From a virus (taxonomy: Duplodnaviria; Heunggongvirae; Uroviricota; Caudoviricetes): a stretch of DNA of 64,000 bases. This document shows, one piece after another, positions 21,094 to 29,095 of the stretch. Position 1 is the first letter of the stretch. Every line of letters starts with the position of its first letter. The DNA lies in IMG/VR virus record IMGVR_UViG_3300029849_000005, positions 19,937-83,936 of that record, one strand, 5' to 3'. The notes below the pieces were generated by a model. That model had not been told where the DNA came from. It worked only from the letters and a program-made list of their open reading frames with translations, and made no database searches. Made by a program: the position numbers and the translations under genes.

Positions 21094-21507
21094 CTATTTA
21101 ATCAGTAAGGCTAATAATAAGCCTACACTGATAGCAAATCCTCCTATTGACAATGTAGTTAATCTCTTGTTCTTTTTGTTCATCTTAGCTATCTGCTCCC
21201 GTTGCTTACTAATAGCTTCATCATACATCTGCATTTGCAATTCTGCTCGTGCTAGTTGTTGAAGTCTTATACTATCAGTTTTAGCATAGTTAGCAGTTAG
21301 TAATTCATAAGATGTAAGCTGTTTATTGAGTTCAAACCTCTCTAGCTTAAGCTTCTTATGCTCCAGAAATATAAGGTTACTAGCCTTTAATTGCTGTGGA
21401 GTAATCACAACTAAAGAGTCATCTACCAGCTTGGGATACATATTCTGCGAAGAAAGATGCATCAGCGGCAATAGACTGATTAGTAATATCAATAAGCTCC
21501 TTTTCAT
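21094..21507 (-). CDS. secreted/membrane-anchored protein
   Basis: N-terminal signal-like segment MKRSLLILLISLLPLMHLSS and a C-terminal hydrophobic segment. 137 aa. Confidence 0.4.
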   Translation of the reverse strand: MKRSLLILLISLLPLMHLSSQNMYPKLVDDSLVVITPQQLKASNLIFLEHKKLKLERFELNKQLTSYELLTANYAKTDSIRLQQLARAELQMQMYDEAISKQREQIAKMNKKNKRLTTLSIGGFAISVGLLLALLIK

Positions 21508-21736
21508 ACCAATTATTAATAGTGTCTATCTTACCTTTAGAATTGGTAATGACACTAATTAGACTGTCGTTAGTAATTTCTAACTTCCTTACTTCCTTAT
21601 TGAGCGAGTCTATAGCTTGCTCATATTTAATGTTGTCAGGAATAACTACTGTGTTTCTATCCTTACAAGCCCATGCTATACCAAGGCATATAGCAGCAGC
21701 AATCACACCTCCAACGAAAGCATCCTTAAATTTCAT
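21419..21736 (-). CDS. membrane protein
   Basis: N-terminal TM segment (VGGVIAAAICLGIAWA). 105 aa. Partially overlaps the next gene in another frame. Confidence 0.35.
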   Translation of the reverse strand: MKFKDAFVGGVIAAAICLGIAWACKDRNTVVIPDNIKYEQAIDSLNKEVRKLEITNDSLISVITNSKGKIDTINNWYEKELIDITNQSIAADASFFAEYVSQAGR

Positions 21737-22260
21737 TTCTGAGACTGATAGTAGTTATAGATATCATAGATAACATCCACTCTATCATTCTTAGAAGTTA
21801 ATAAGGTATCCAAGCATGTACGTTCTTCATCAGACAGTGATGCTTCCAGTTCAACCATTTTACGTCCTTCTTCATAGATAGCCTTAGCTGTATCATATCC
21901 TTTCAGATACTTGCCAGGGCATTGTTTGAAGAATGCTACTTCCTGGTCAAGAAGAGCATTAACTACACCACGGTTAATCAATCCGGGGTCAGTACTGTAC
22001 AGAGCATGATTATGTAGTTTACGAGCCTTACCAAAAGCTATTTGAACTCCCATATTCTCATCAAACTCATCTTCTGGTTGACATACAGATACGCCAATAG
22101 ACAGACATTTATCACTTAAGAGTGCATCTTCATCCCAGTTCTCTGTATCTGGGTCAATTTCAGCACATACTTCTTGTGACAATGCAACCATTACGAACTT
22201 ACGTTCCATGCCAGTAAAATCAACAAAACTGTCAACTCTATACTCAACTCTTTCTTTCAT
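21733..22260 (-). CDS. hypothetical protein
   Basis: 175-aa ORF. Confidence 0.45.
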   Translation of the reverse strand: MKERVEYRVDSFVDFTGMERKFVMVALSQEVCAEIDPDTENWDEDALLSDKCLSIGVSVCQPEDEFDENMGVQIAFGKARKLHNHALYSTDPGLINRGVVNALLDQEVAFFKQCPGKYLKGYDTAKAIYEEGRKMVELEASLSDEERTCLDTLLTSKNDRVDVIYDIYNYYQSQK

Positions 22261-22324
22261 AAACTTGTAGATTAAATGTTTCTAAATGTAATCTCTTTAG
22301 ATAAGTTAATCTGATTATAGGCAA

Positions 22325-22966
22325 TTACTTGCGACCTAGACCATTATAGAAATCAAGTATTGCATTCTCTTTACGAAGCCAAGTAGCCTGTTCTTTAGCC
22401 ATATCAAGAATAGTACGACTAATAGATTCTTCTTCTACTTGCTCTTTAACTAACATACCTTCATCCTCATCCTCTCCATTCAACCATTGGAATGTAGCCC
22501 AATCACTCTCTTTTTGAGCTTGGTCTACAATCTTATTAATACCACGAGTAGTCTCAATCTCCCTATCTACTGTGGCAGCAAAGGGCATGACTCTATCAGT
22601 GATTTCAACATTAATGGCTGGAACAGGCGGATATTGGAACAGAGCATCGTTAGTGGTTAGATATTCAAATATCCAAGAATGATGCAAATATTCTTCCTTA
22701 GCACGACCTCTCCAGTAAATACCTAGCTTTGGTAAACCCTCTACTTCAAAGTAATTGGCAAAGGTCATATACAGAGCATGGTTGGCAAGTTCGGCTGACA
22801 TCTGTTTTACCAACATCTCAACCATTACAGTTGATAGTGGGCAAACACGTCTAGACTTATCAATCACCTGCTCTGTATACTTCATAGTAGGTTCAGCGCC
22901 TACGGTTTGAACTCCTTCGCTTGTCTTCTCCTGTATTGGATTTCCGTCTTTGTCTAGCATTCTCAC
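22325..22966 (-). CDS. ferritin-like diiron-domain protein
   Basis: Helical ferritin-like E...EExxH pattern (ELANHALYMTFANYFE ... AKEEYLHH). 213 aa. Confidence 0.45.
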   Translation of the reverse strand: MRMLDKDGNPIQEKTSEGVQTVGAEPTMKYTEQVIDKSRRVCPLSTVMVEMLVKQMSAELANHALYMTFANYFEVEGLPKLGIYWRGRAKEEYLHHSWIFEYLTTNDALFQYPPVPAINVEITDRVMPFAATVDREIETTRGINKIVDQAQKESDWATFQWLNGEDEDEGMLVKEQVEEESISRTILDMAKEQATWLRKENAILDFYNGLGRK

Positions 22967-23237
22967 GTTCTAACACTTTAAAATTGTTGTTCATTAAATA
23001 ATCTAGGGGAGCTGCTAGCCAAGTAATATACTTAGCACATGTAATCTCATCGTCGACTTTAATAAACTGCGATTCCCTTACCTTAATAGGCTTATCAGTA
23101 GTATAGAACTTAGAACCTACACATTCTACCCTATCCTTCCTAATGAGGTATAGTTGTACTTCATATAGAAAGGAAGGATATACTGTTAGTTTAACGTCCC
23201 CAGAATGGTAGACAGTCGGGGGCGTAGGTTTTGCCAT
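22893..23237 (-). CDS. hypothetical protein
   Basis: 114-aa ORF overlapping its neighbours in different frames. Confidence 0.3.
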   Translation of the reverse strand: MAKPTPPTVYHSGDVKLTVYPSFLYEVQLYLIRKDRVECVGSKFYTTDKPIKVRESQFIKVDDEITCAKYITWLAAPLDYLMNNNFKVLERENARQRRKSNTGEDKRRSSNRRR

Positions 23238-23649
23238 TCCAAGAATATTTAGTAACCTGGGACTTCTCTGTCTTATATTTACTTAATAAGAAAGGGATGT
23301 CAGATTGAATACATTTATGGCTAAATGTGTTCTTTGGTATAGGTTTGTTGGTCTTTGGATTCATTTTACCAGTAGTAAAGTTACCACCCTTTACATACAC
23401 GACCAGAGTTCCAGGAATAGGAACAGATTTGGCAGGAGCCGGCCATTGATAACTTGGAGCGGGGAATCGTCTATAGCGTTTCCACAACTTACGTTCTTTA
23501 GGAGTTTTACTCCACACACTTGGGTCACGTGGTGTTACAGACGGCTGTCTTAAATGCTCTGCCACCATGAAAGCATCATCGGTCAAATCCTTGATTCTTA
23601 GTCTTTTGAATCTCTCCTCTGGAGTCTCTTTGATAGTTTCCTTCTTCAT
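23191..23649 (-). CDS. hypothetical basic protein
   Basis: 152 aa, rich in K/R/W/P. Confidence 0.4.
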   Translation of the reverse strand: MKKETIKETPEERFKRLRIKDLTDDAFMVAEHLRQPSVTPRDPSVWSKTPKERKLWKRYRRFPAPSYQWPAPAKSVPIPGTLVVYVKGGNFTTGKMNPKTNKPIPKNTFSHKCIQSDIPFLLSKYKTEKSQVTKYSWNGKTYAPDCLPFWGR

Positions 23650-23679
23650 TACTGATAAGTTTAATGAGTTAAATATTAG

Positions 23680-23856
23680 TTATTTACCACGTTTGGTATA
23701 AACTGCCCCACAGACATTACATTTATAAAGCCTGTTGTCATAATCGAACAGCGTGTGAGTAGTATCTCTACCACACCTTGCACAATTCATTAACTTAACA
23801 GATTCATACACCTTCTTCGGCTTATGAGGTGCCGTACCTTTCTTACGTGAAGCCAT
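23680..23856 (-). CDS. small zinc-ribbon protein (58 aa)
   Basis: Translated by hand. Not in the ORF track (shorter than 60 aa). Two CxxC pairs (NCARCG ... CNVCG). Directly follows the 23860 gene. Confidence 0.4.
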   Translation of the reverse strand: MASRKKGTAPHKPKKVYESVKLMNCARCGRDTTHTLFDYDNRLYKCNVCGAVYTKRGK

Positions 23857-23859
23857 AGC

Positions 23860-24132
23860 TTAAATTCCTTTAGTTAACTCTTCTAATCTAGTTACTTCTT
23901 GTTTGTAATCTTGAATATATTCTTTCAGAGACATGGCATCTGGGTGCTTACACTCTATTCTATAATCCGCTATTCTTTGAAGACATGCAGATATGGGAAG
24001 TCCATAACCAATTACTTTAAACTCCTGACGTTCTCCGTCCTTAGATTTAATAGTCTTTAGTATAGATAGGTCCCAGAAGTGTAAATTGTCACCTACAGAT
24101 TCCATTCTAAAGTCAGCTTCTTCAATAATCAT
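23860..24132 (-). CDS. hypothetical protein
   Basis: 90-aa ORF. Confidence 0.4.
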   Translation of the reverse strand: MIIEEADFRMESVGDNLHFWDLSILKTIKSKDGERQEFKVIGYGLPISACLQRIADYRIECKHPDAMSLKEYIQDYKQEVTRLEELTKGI

Positions 24133-24161
24133 ACTTGATTATCCGTAAAGTTAGTATTAGT

Positions 24162-24374
24162 TTAATCTGATTGTTCTTCTAATACCTTACCTATTAGCCA
24201 TAAGTATAAGAATGGTGATATGACTGGACATGTCATCCACCAACCTACATCCTCCTCTACGACTTCCCAGAAGTATTCTTCATCCAAGTCGTAGTATGCA
24301 AGCATGTAGTTCAGTACAATGTTTAGTAAGTAAGACACACCATACAGTGCGAGCACTATTAATATTACAATCAC
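24162..24374 (-). CDS. small membrane protein
   Basis: 70 aa with two hydrophobic segments. Confidence 0.35.
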   Translation of the reverse strand: MIVILIVLALYGVSYLLNIVLNYMLAYYDLDEEYFWEVVEEDVGWWMTCPVISPFLYLWLIGKVLEEQSD

Positions 24375-24847
24375 AATTTCTCTTTCTCTACTCTAAATTG
24401 ACAACATAGTTTCTGCAACTCGAGTATGACGGGTTCTAAGGTACTAACACCCTTAACCAACACTGCTCGTTGGTCTACCGTCCTTCTAGCTAAATGGGAT
24501 TGGACGCTGGAAACAGCATCTTCATATCTCTTCTTAATAAGGTCTCTATTCTCGAAATACTTGGGAATCTTACCATGTAGATATATTAAAGCATCTAATG
24601 CCTTAATAAGTTCCTTATGGCTCATAGAAGTAGATATTCTGTCATAAATAAATACATATCTATCAACTCCGTCTGGAATGATATTTATATATTTATCAGT
24701 TTCAGTTCCTTCTCTTCCTACATGGTCTGCTAACCTCACAGTAGCAGAGAATCCGTTCAATGTGTAGTACTCCGAATCTCCCTTATAATTAGTAGAAGTA
24801 AATCCCTTCCTCTTCAGCCATGCTTTTAGTTTGCTCAACCCTCTCAT
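24371..24847 (-). CDS. hypothetical protein
   Basis: 158-aa ORF. Confidence 0.45.
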   Translation of the reverse strand: MRGLSKLKAWLKRKGFTSTNYKGDSEYYTLNGFSATVRLADHVGREGTETDKYINIIPDGVDRYVFIYDRISTSMSHKELIKALDALIYLHGKIPKYFENRDLIKKRYEDAVSSVQSHLARRTVDQRAVLVKGVSTLEPVILELQKLCCQFRVEKEKL

Positions 24848-25100
24848 CTTGTTTAATCTTCTTTTCCACCTTTCGAAATATCAGGTTTTCGTAAAGTGGA
24901 CATCTACTCTCCATAATACAGTCATCATTCCTGTCACGAAAGTAACAACCAGCACATCCAGGGCCCCAGTCAATTACTTCCACGAGTTTGTCGTTTACAG
25001 TGATAAGGTCTCCTGCCTGTAAAATGGGTATTAGTTCATTGTCCTCGTATTTAAATCTCTGCATGTTTAAAGTTAAAAAAGAAGGGCCAAACCCAGACAA
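24789..25100 (-). CDS. hypothetical Cys-containing protein
   Basis: 103 aa. CAGCYF...DDC...RC. Confidence 0.4.
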   Translation of the reverse strand: MSGFGPSFLTLNMQRFKYEDNELIPILQAGDLITVNDKLVEVIDWGPGCAGCYFRDRNDDCIMESRCPLYENLIFRKVEKKIKQDERVEQTKSMAEEEGIYFY

Positions 25101-25371
25101 TCACTAGAGTAGACCTTACCTCATTAGAAGTAAAGAATAATCTAATAACTAATCTGAATTTGACCCTAAACGGCAGTACGAATATCGTTCTGCGCGATTA
25201 GCACTACATTAAATATAACGTAGCCTAAAGTCTGTTACCATAAACTGATAACAATAATGCCAATGCCTGGCATTAGGTGTGTTGCTAAAAGCAACGAAGA
25301 GGAGCCTACACCCCCCCTAGTGATATTCTGGCTGGAATGTCTATTCCATAACCTATCACCATACATAAGAA

Positions 25372-25740
25372 CTATTCAAAGTAGTCTGGGAACTTATCTT
25401 TTAATATTTCAGATATGTCCACGCCAGTCAGTTCAGCCATAGATAATTCTTCCAACATTGCGTCTTCAGAATCGTCCACACTACCGTCAGCGCTATCAAT
25501 AAGATTGAGCAGTAATTGAGCTTTCTCATCAGTCAGCCCGTCTTGCGCCCATTTACTTACTACTTCTGCAAAGAATTCATCGAACTCATAAGAAGTTTGC
25601 TCGTCTTCATCAGTGATTGCATTCTTCTTGGCAAACAGTTCTTTGATGTCTTCATCTGTAATAGTTCCGGCTTTATCATAAGCCGCGTTCAATGACTCTA
25701 TAAGAGAGTCTTGTTCATCGAATGTCATTGTTGTTAACAA
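25372..25740 (-). CDS. highly acidic small protein (possible DNA-mimic or anti-restriction candidate)
   Basis: 122 aa with very high D/E content. Preceded by a perfect 8-1-8 palindrome 17 nt upstream. Confidence 0.5.
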   Translation of the reverse strand: MLTTMTFDEQDSLIESLNAAYDKAGTITDEDIKELFAKKNAITDEDEQTSYEFDEFFAEVVSKWAQDGLTDEKAQLLLNLIDSADGSVDDSEDAMLEELSMAELTGVDISEILKDKFPDYFE

Positions 25741-25756
25741 TTAATGTTAAGAACAT

Positions 25757-25773
25757 GTGAATAGTCTATTCAC
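25757..25773. promoter_or_regulatory. perfect palindrome GTGAATAGtCTATTCAC (operator-like) upstream of the acidic-protein gene
   Basis: 17-nt perfect inverted repeat seen directly, 17 nt upstream of the start at 25740. Confidence 0.35.
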
Positions 25774-25893
25774 ACCAACCCTCAAGGGCTTAAGATAATG
25801 TATGGTAATCAAATCACCATTACAGCAGTGGGGACTGCTTAAACAGGCATTTCACTCTCAATTATGCCTGTGGTTATGTTAGAATAAAGAAAT

Positions 25894-26217
25894 TCACTTC
25901 TTCCAGGATATGAATAGATATTCTCCAACTAAGCCAGGATATCCTTCTTTATCAATAACCTTAACGAAGAATCGTTTATCTTCGTAGTATTTAAGGATTT
26001 CATCCTTGGCTTTAGCTACATCATCATTCAAATCCATAACAAGACTAAAGTAATTGTTCTCACTCTTAGCCTTAATAAGTTGGTCAGTAGTATCTAGAAA
26101 CCTCTTAACTAGAGTTTCTTGTGTCACCACTTCATTGTAAGTGGCAACTGAATATGCCTCGTCTGCATTCATAGATTCACCTTCCAACAATTTACCAAAA
26201 TTAAAGATATTCTTCAT
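25894..26217 (-). CDS. hypothetical protein
   Basis: 107-aa ORF. Confidence 0.45.
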   Translation of the reverse strand: MKNIFNFGKLLEGESMNADEAYSVATYNEVVTQETLVKRFLDTTDQLIKAKSENNYFSLVMDLNDDVAKAKDEILKYYEDKRFFVKVIDKEGYPGLVGEYLFISWKK

Positions 26218-26237
26218 AATAACTAATAATTGGTTTG

Positions 26238-26311
26238 TGACTCAGGTGGGGCTCTAACCCACAACCCTCTCCTTAGGACGGAGACGCTCTATACTATTGA
26301 GCTACTGAGCC
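26238..26311 (-). tRNA. tRNA-Arg (anticodon CCT)
   Basis: Hand fold: acceptor GGCTCAG/CTGAGTC, D arm GCTC..GAGC, anticodon stem TCTCC/GGAGA with loop GTCCTAA, T stem GTGGG/CCCAC. The T loop is atypical (TTAGAGC). Confidence 0.55.
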
Positions 26312-26318
26312 TTGAAAA

Positions 26319-26678
26319 CTATACGTTAATACTCCCAGTATGTCTGCCTTTTACTTTAACAGAATTAGCATCGATGTCTCCTTGTACATCACCGCCAACC
26401 TCAATACTGTTAGCTTCTATGGAACCTCCCACATTGCCTTTAACACTATTACCATGTATAGTAAATGCGTCTCCGTCAATATCACATGTGTTGCAGTTAA
26501 GCTCTTTTACATTACCAGTAAAACTGATGTGTACACTATCCTTATTAGTTTCAGATATTAACTTACCATTTACGTAAATTTTACGCTTGATTTGTGAGAT
26601 AGTGATATTGTCCTCTTCAATGTCATAGGACTCATTATCAATAAATAACTTATTCATGATTCTTTTTATCCAGTTCAT
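26319..26678 (-). CDS. bactofilin-like (DUF583-type) repeat protein
   Basis: C-terminal repeats G-x-V-x-G-x-I/V (GNVKELNCNTCDIDGDAFTIHGNSVKGNVGGSIEANSIEVGGDVQGDIDANSVKVKG). 119 aa. Confidence 0.5.
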   Translation of the reverse strand: MNWIKRIMNKLFIDNESYDIEEDNITISQIKRKIYVNGKLISETNKDSVHISFTGNVKELNCNTCDIDGDAFTIHGNSVKGNVGGSIEANSIEVGGDVQGDIDANSVKVKGRHTGSINV

Positions 26679-27277
26679 CTTCCTTCGTAATACTTAATCA
26701 GTTTATCAAATGCTTCAATCCTAGCATTGTGACCCTTCTCGTCATCGGGAGTCCACCAAAATGCCTTACCATACCTGTCTTTAGGTGCACCTAAGAACTC
26801 TCTATTGAACTCTGGAAACATAGCAACTACATCACGTTCATCATAGATGTTGATTCCTCTTTCTGTGCCAGCCATAGCATGTTCAATGCAGAAACACATT
26901 CCCCAGTATTCTGAATGGTCTTCAAACAGCTTCTTAGCTTTTAGTAAGATAGTGTGCTTATTGATTCTTTCTGTGTACCAATGGATGAGTTTATCGAAGG
27001 CTATAAGCCTGTGTTTCTTCTCATCTACGGGCCACCAAAAGACCAGCCTAGCTACTTCTTCTCGTTTGACATCACCTCCTAGAAACTCTGGGTTAAACTC
27101 CGGAATTAATGCCACTAATTCATTATAAGAGGGAGGTATTCCTTCTTTAAACACTCCGTTGAATGCTTGCTTCATATAGTGGCACATACCACCATTCTTA
27201 TCACTACCTGGCTTTGTATCTTTATCGTACAAGTCTTTAGCAGTCTTTAATCTTTTAATAATTTCTAAGTTAGTCAT
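26675..27277 (-). CDS. protein with an internally duplicated ~95-aa domain
   Basis: Two copies of GMC(H/F)...FNPEFLGG...FWW.P.DEK...AFDKLI..YY within 200 aa. Confidence 0.5.
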   Translation of the reverse strand: MTNLEIIKRLKTAKDLYDKDTKPGSDKNGGMCHYMKQAFNGVFKEGIPPSYNELVALIPEFNPEFLGGDVKREEVARLVFWWPVDEKKHRLIAFDKLIHWYTERINKHTILLKAKKLFEDHSEYWGMCFCIEHAMAGTERGINIYDERDVVAMFPEFNREFLGAPKDRYGKAFWWTPDDEKGHNARIEAFDKLIKYYEGR

Positions 27278-27297
27278 CTCTTTCCTTATTAAGTTAG

Positions 27298-27369
27298 TAG
27301 TCCCAGGCAGAGTCGAACTGCCATTTCAGGTTCCGTAGACCAGCGTTCTATCCATTGAACTATGGGACC
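27298..27369 (-). tRNA. tRNA-Arg (anticodon ACG)
   Basis: Hand fold: acceptor GGTCCCA/TGGGACT, D stem GTTC/GAAC, anticodon loop CTACGGA, T arm GGCAG-TTCGACT-CTGCC. 72 nt. Confidence 0.65.
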
Positions 27370-27516
27370 ATACAGGAAGCAATTCCGATTTAACGGCCGC
27401 CCTTGCCAGTATCACGTACTGGGCTTTTCACGTGGACGGTCTGTCAGCATAACTCACAGTATTACTTACATGCTTCCTTTAAAGTTTAGCCTCTTCCAGC
27501 GCAAGAGCACTTATAG

Positions 27517-27783
27517 TCACTCTTCGCCATAGTACATCAAGTATAGCACCTGCTGACGCAAACCATATCTACGTGTAACCACGTTAGCTTCCGCTCTCCT
27601 GGAAAGCGCAGCACTGATACTCCTCTTGAGTTTATCGGCATCAAATAGCAAACCAGTTACTCCTACTAATCCATTAGGCTCATCAGCGCAGATGTAATCT
27701 ACTGCTTCAAAGAGCTGGGCTTTAGTTTCAGAACTGTTCACCTTCTGCCATTTCTTTATTTCTTTCTCAAAGTCCATAATCAA
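27517..27783 (-). CDS. hypothetical protein
   Basis: 88-aa ORF. Confidence 0.4.
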   Translation of the reverse strand: MIMDFEKEIKKWQKVNSSETKAQLFEAVDYICADEPNGLVGVTGLLFDADKLKRSISAALSRRAEANVVTRRYGLRQQVLYLMYYGEE

Positions 27784-28154
27784 TTAAGTGCTTCAAGTTC
27801 TTTAGCTAATTCTTCCAGAGATTTGCCTTCGAGCTCAGCGTCTTGTTTCTTAGCCATAAGGTCAAGAATCTTCTGACGTTTAGCTTTCTTCTCACTTTCA
27901 AGTAGACGGTCTTCCTGTTCTTGCAACTTAACATCAATAATGTGTTTTGCAATATTGAATTTCAGTTCAAGTTCGGTAGTGTCTTTAGTCCGGGTTTTGA
28001 TGAAGCTTTCAGTTTTAGACTCTTGCAATTTCTTGTTAAGAGCAATTGCAATATTGTCAAGTTGAATTAAGGGTAAATCCCACAAGTCTTCAACAGAAAG
28101 AACTCCACGTTGCGTGTTAAAACGCAATTTCATTCTAGATGCTTTCTCAAACAT
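27780..28154 (-). CDS. coiled-coil protein
   Basis: 124 aa, rich in K/E/L heptads. Confidence 0.45.
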   Translation of the reverse strand: MFEKASRMKLRFNTQRGVLSVEDLWDLPLIQLDNIAIALNKKLQESKTESFIKTRTKDTTELELKFNIAKHIIDVKLQEQEDRLLESEKKAKRQKILDLMAKKQDAELEGKSLEELAKELEALN

Positions 28155-28156
28155 AA

Positions 28157-29095
28157 TTATAGCATTAAATTGTTAATACGTTTATATTCTTCAAACACTT
28201 TGTCCTCTGATTCTTCTCCCCACATACTGTGAATGAGAATACCATAAGCACAAGGCTGGTACACAATAGGGTCTACTGCCTTCTTAGTGATTGTAACCTC
28301 TGGATTGTTTAATTGACTAGGAGGGCAAGCTACAAATAGCTCATTTCTACCTATCTTAACAGCATCAAAGGAAACTATGTTAGGGTAGCTAAAAGCCTTT
28401 ACATCAGCAGGAAGGCCGGGATTCTTGTTAATTATACTAGACAGCCTGAGTGTGCCTTCTATATCAGGGCCAATAACTATGTGATTGTGTGATTCTATGT
28501 ATTTCTTCAGATTGTTCAACATAGTTTCACCGTCACTGTATCCGTAGTTAATACCTGTAACATAATAATACGCCCCATTAGCATACTCCAACCCTAAATC
28601 AGAGAACATTGGTCCTTCACCATTAAGTTTACGCTTAACTTCTAAGATTTCTCTAATATTACGGTCAGGAATCACTCCAGTGTACTGTTTTAGTAGACCT
28701 TTGACAAGTTTATACTTCTTACAAACATCATCAAATTGTTTAGAACCAACTAGAAGAGTACTCTCTCCGAATACCTCTCTTGCACGCTTTACGAAACTAA
28801 ACAAGTTCTTAGCGCGCATGGCATCCAGAGCTATCTGATTATATTCCGATATTTTAGCTTGCAATAACCTAGCATTCTTTGAGCTGCCCAGTCCAGCATC
28901 AACCAACGTGTTGTATTCTCTTACTAATGTATCTCTATTAGGAATATCAACTGATGTCTTGGAAACAGAACGTAGATATTCCTCCATACATAAAGCAAGA
29001 GCCATAGCTATGCTGGACTGAATAGTCATCACCGGCACGTCAACCACTTCTGGAGTTATAACTTCAGAATCATTGCGTTTTAGAAATCTAAACAT
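28157..29095 (-). CDS. paralogous family protein P1 (unknown function)
   Basis: Shares the C-terminal block DP(I/F)V(Y/F)...G(I/V)(L/M/V)I.S.WG.E..D..F and N-terminal GLG..KN with the 31112..31978 and 36718..37569 proteins. Confidence 0.55.
   Translation of the reverse strand: MFRFLKRNDSEVITPEVVDVPVMTIQSSIAMALALCMEEYLRSVSKTSVDIPNRDTLVREYNTLVDAGLGSSKNARLLQAKISEYNQIALDAMRAKNLFSFVKRAREVFGESTLLVGSKQFDDVCKKYKLVKGLLKQYTGVIPDRNIREILEVKRKLNGEGPMFSDLGLEYANGAYYYVTGINYGYSDGETMLNNLKKYIESHNHIVIGPDIEGTLRLSSIINKNPGLPADVKAFSYPNIVSFDAVKIGRNELFVACPPSQLNNPEVTITKKAVDPIVYQPCAYGILIHSMWGEESEDKVFEEYKRINNLML

Noticed and set aside
21094-21736. Overlapping membrane-protein pair as an Rz/Rz1-type spanin (lysis) pair
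   Set aside because: The downstream candidate has no Cys and no lipobox, and the pair sits inside the replication module. It is left as generic membrane proteins.
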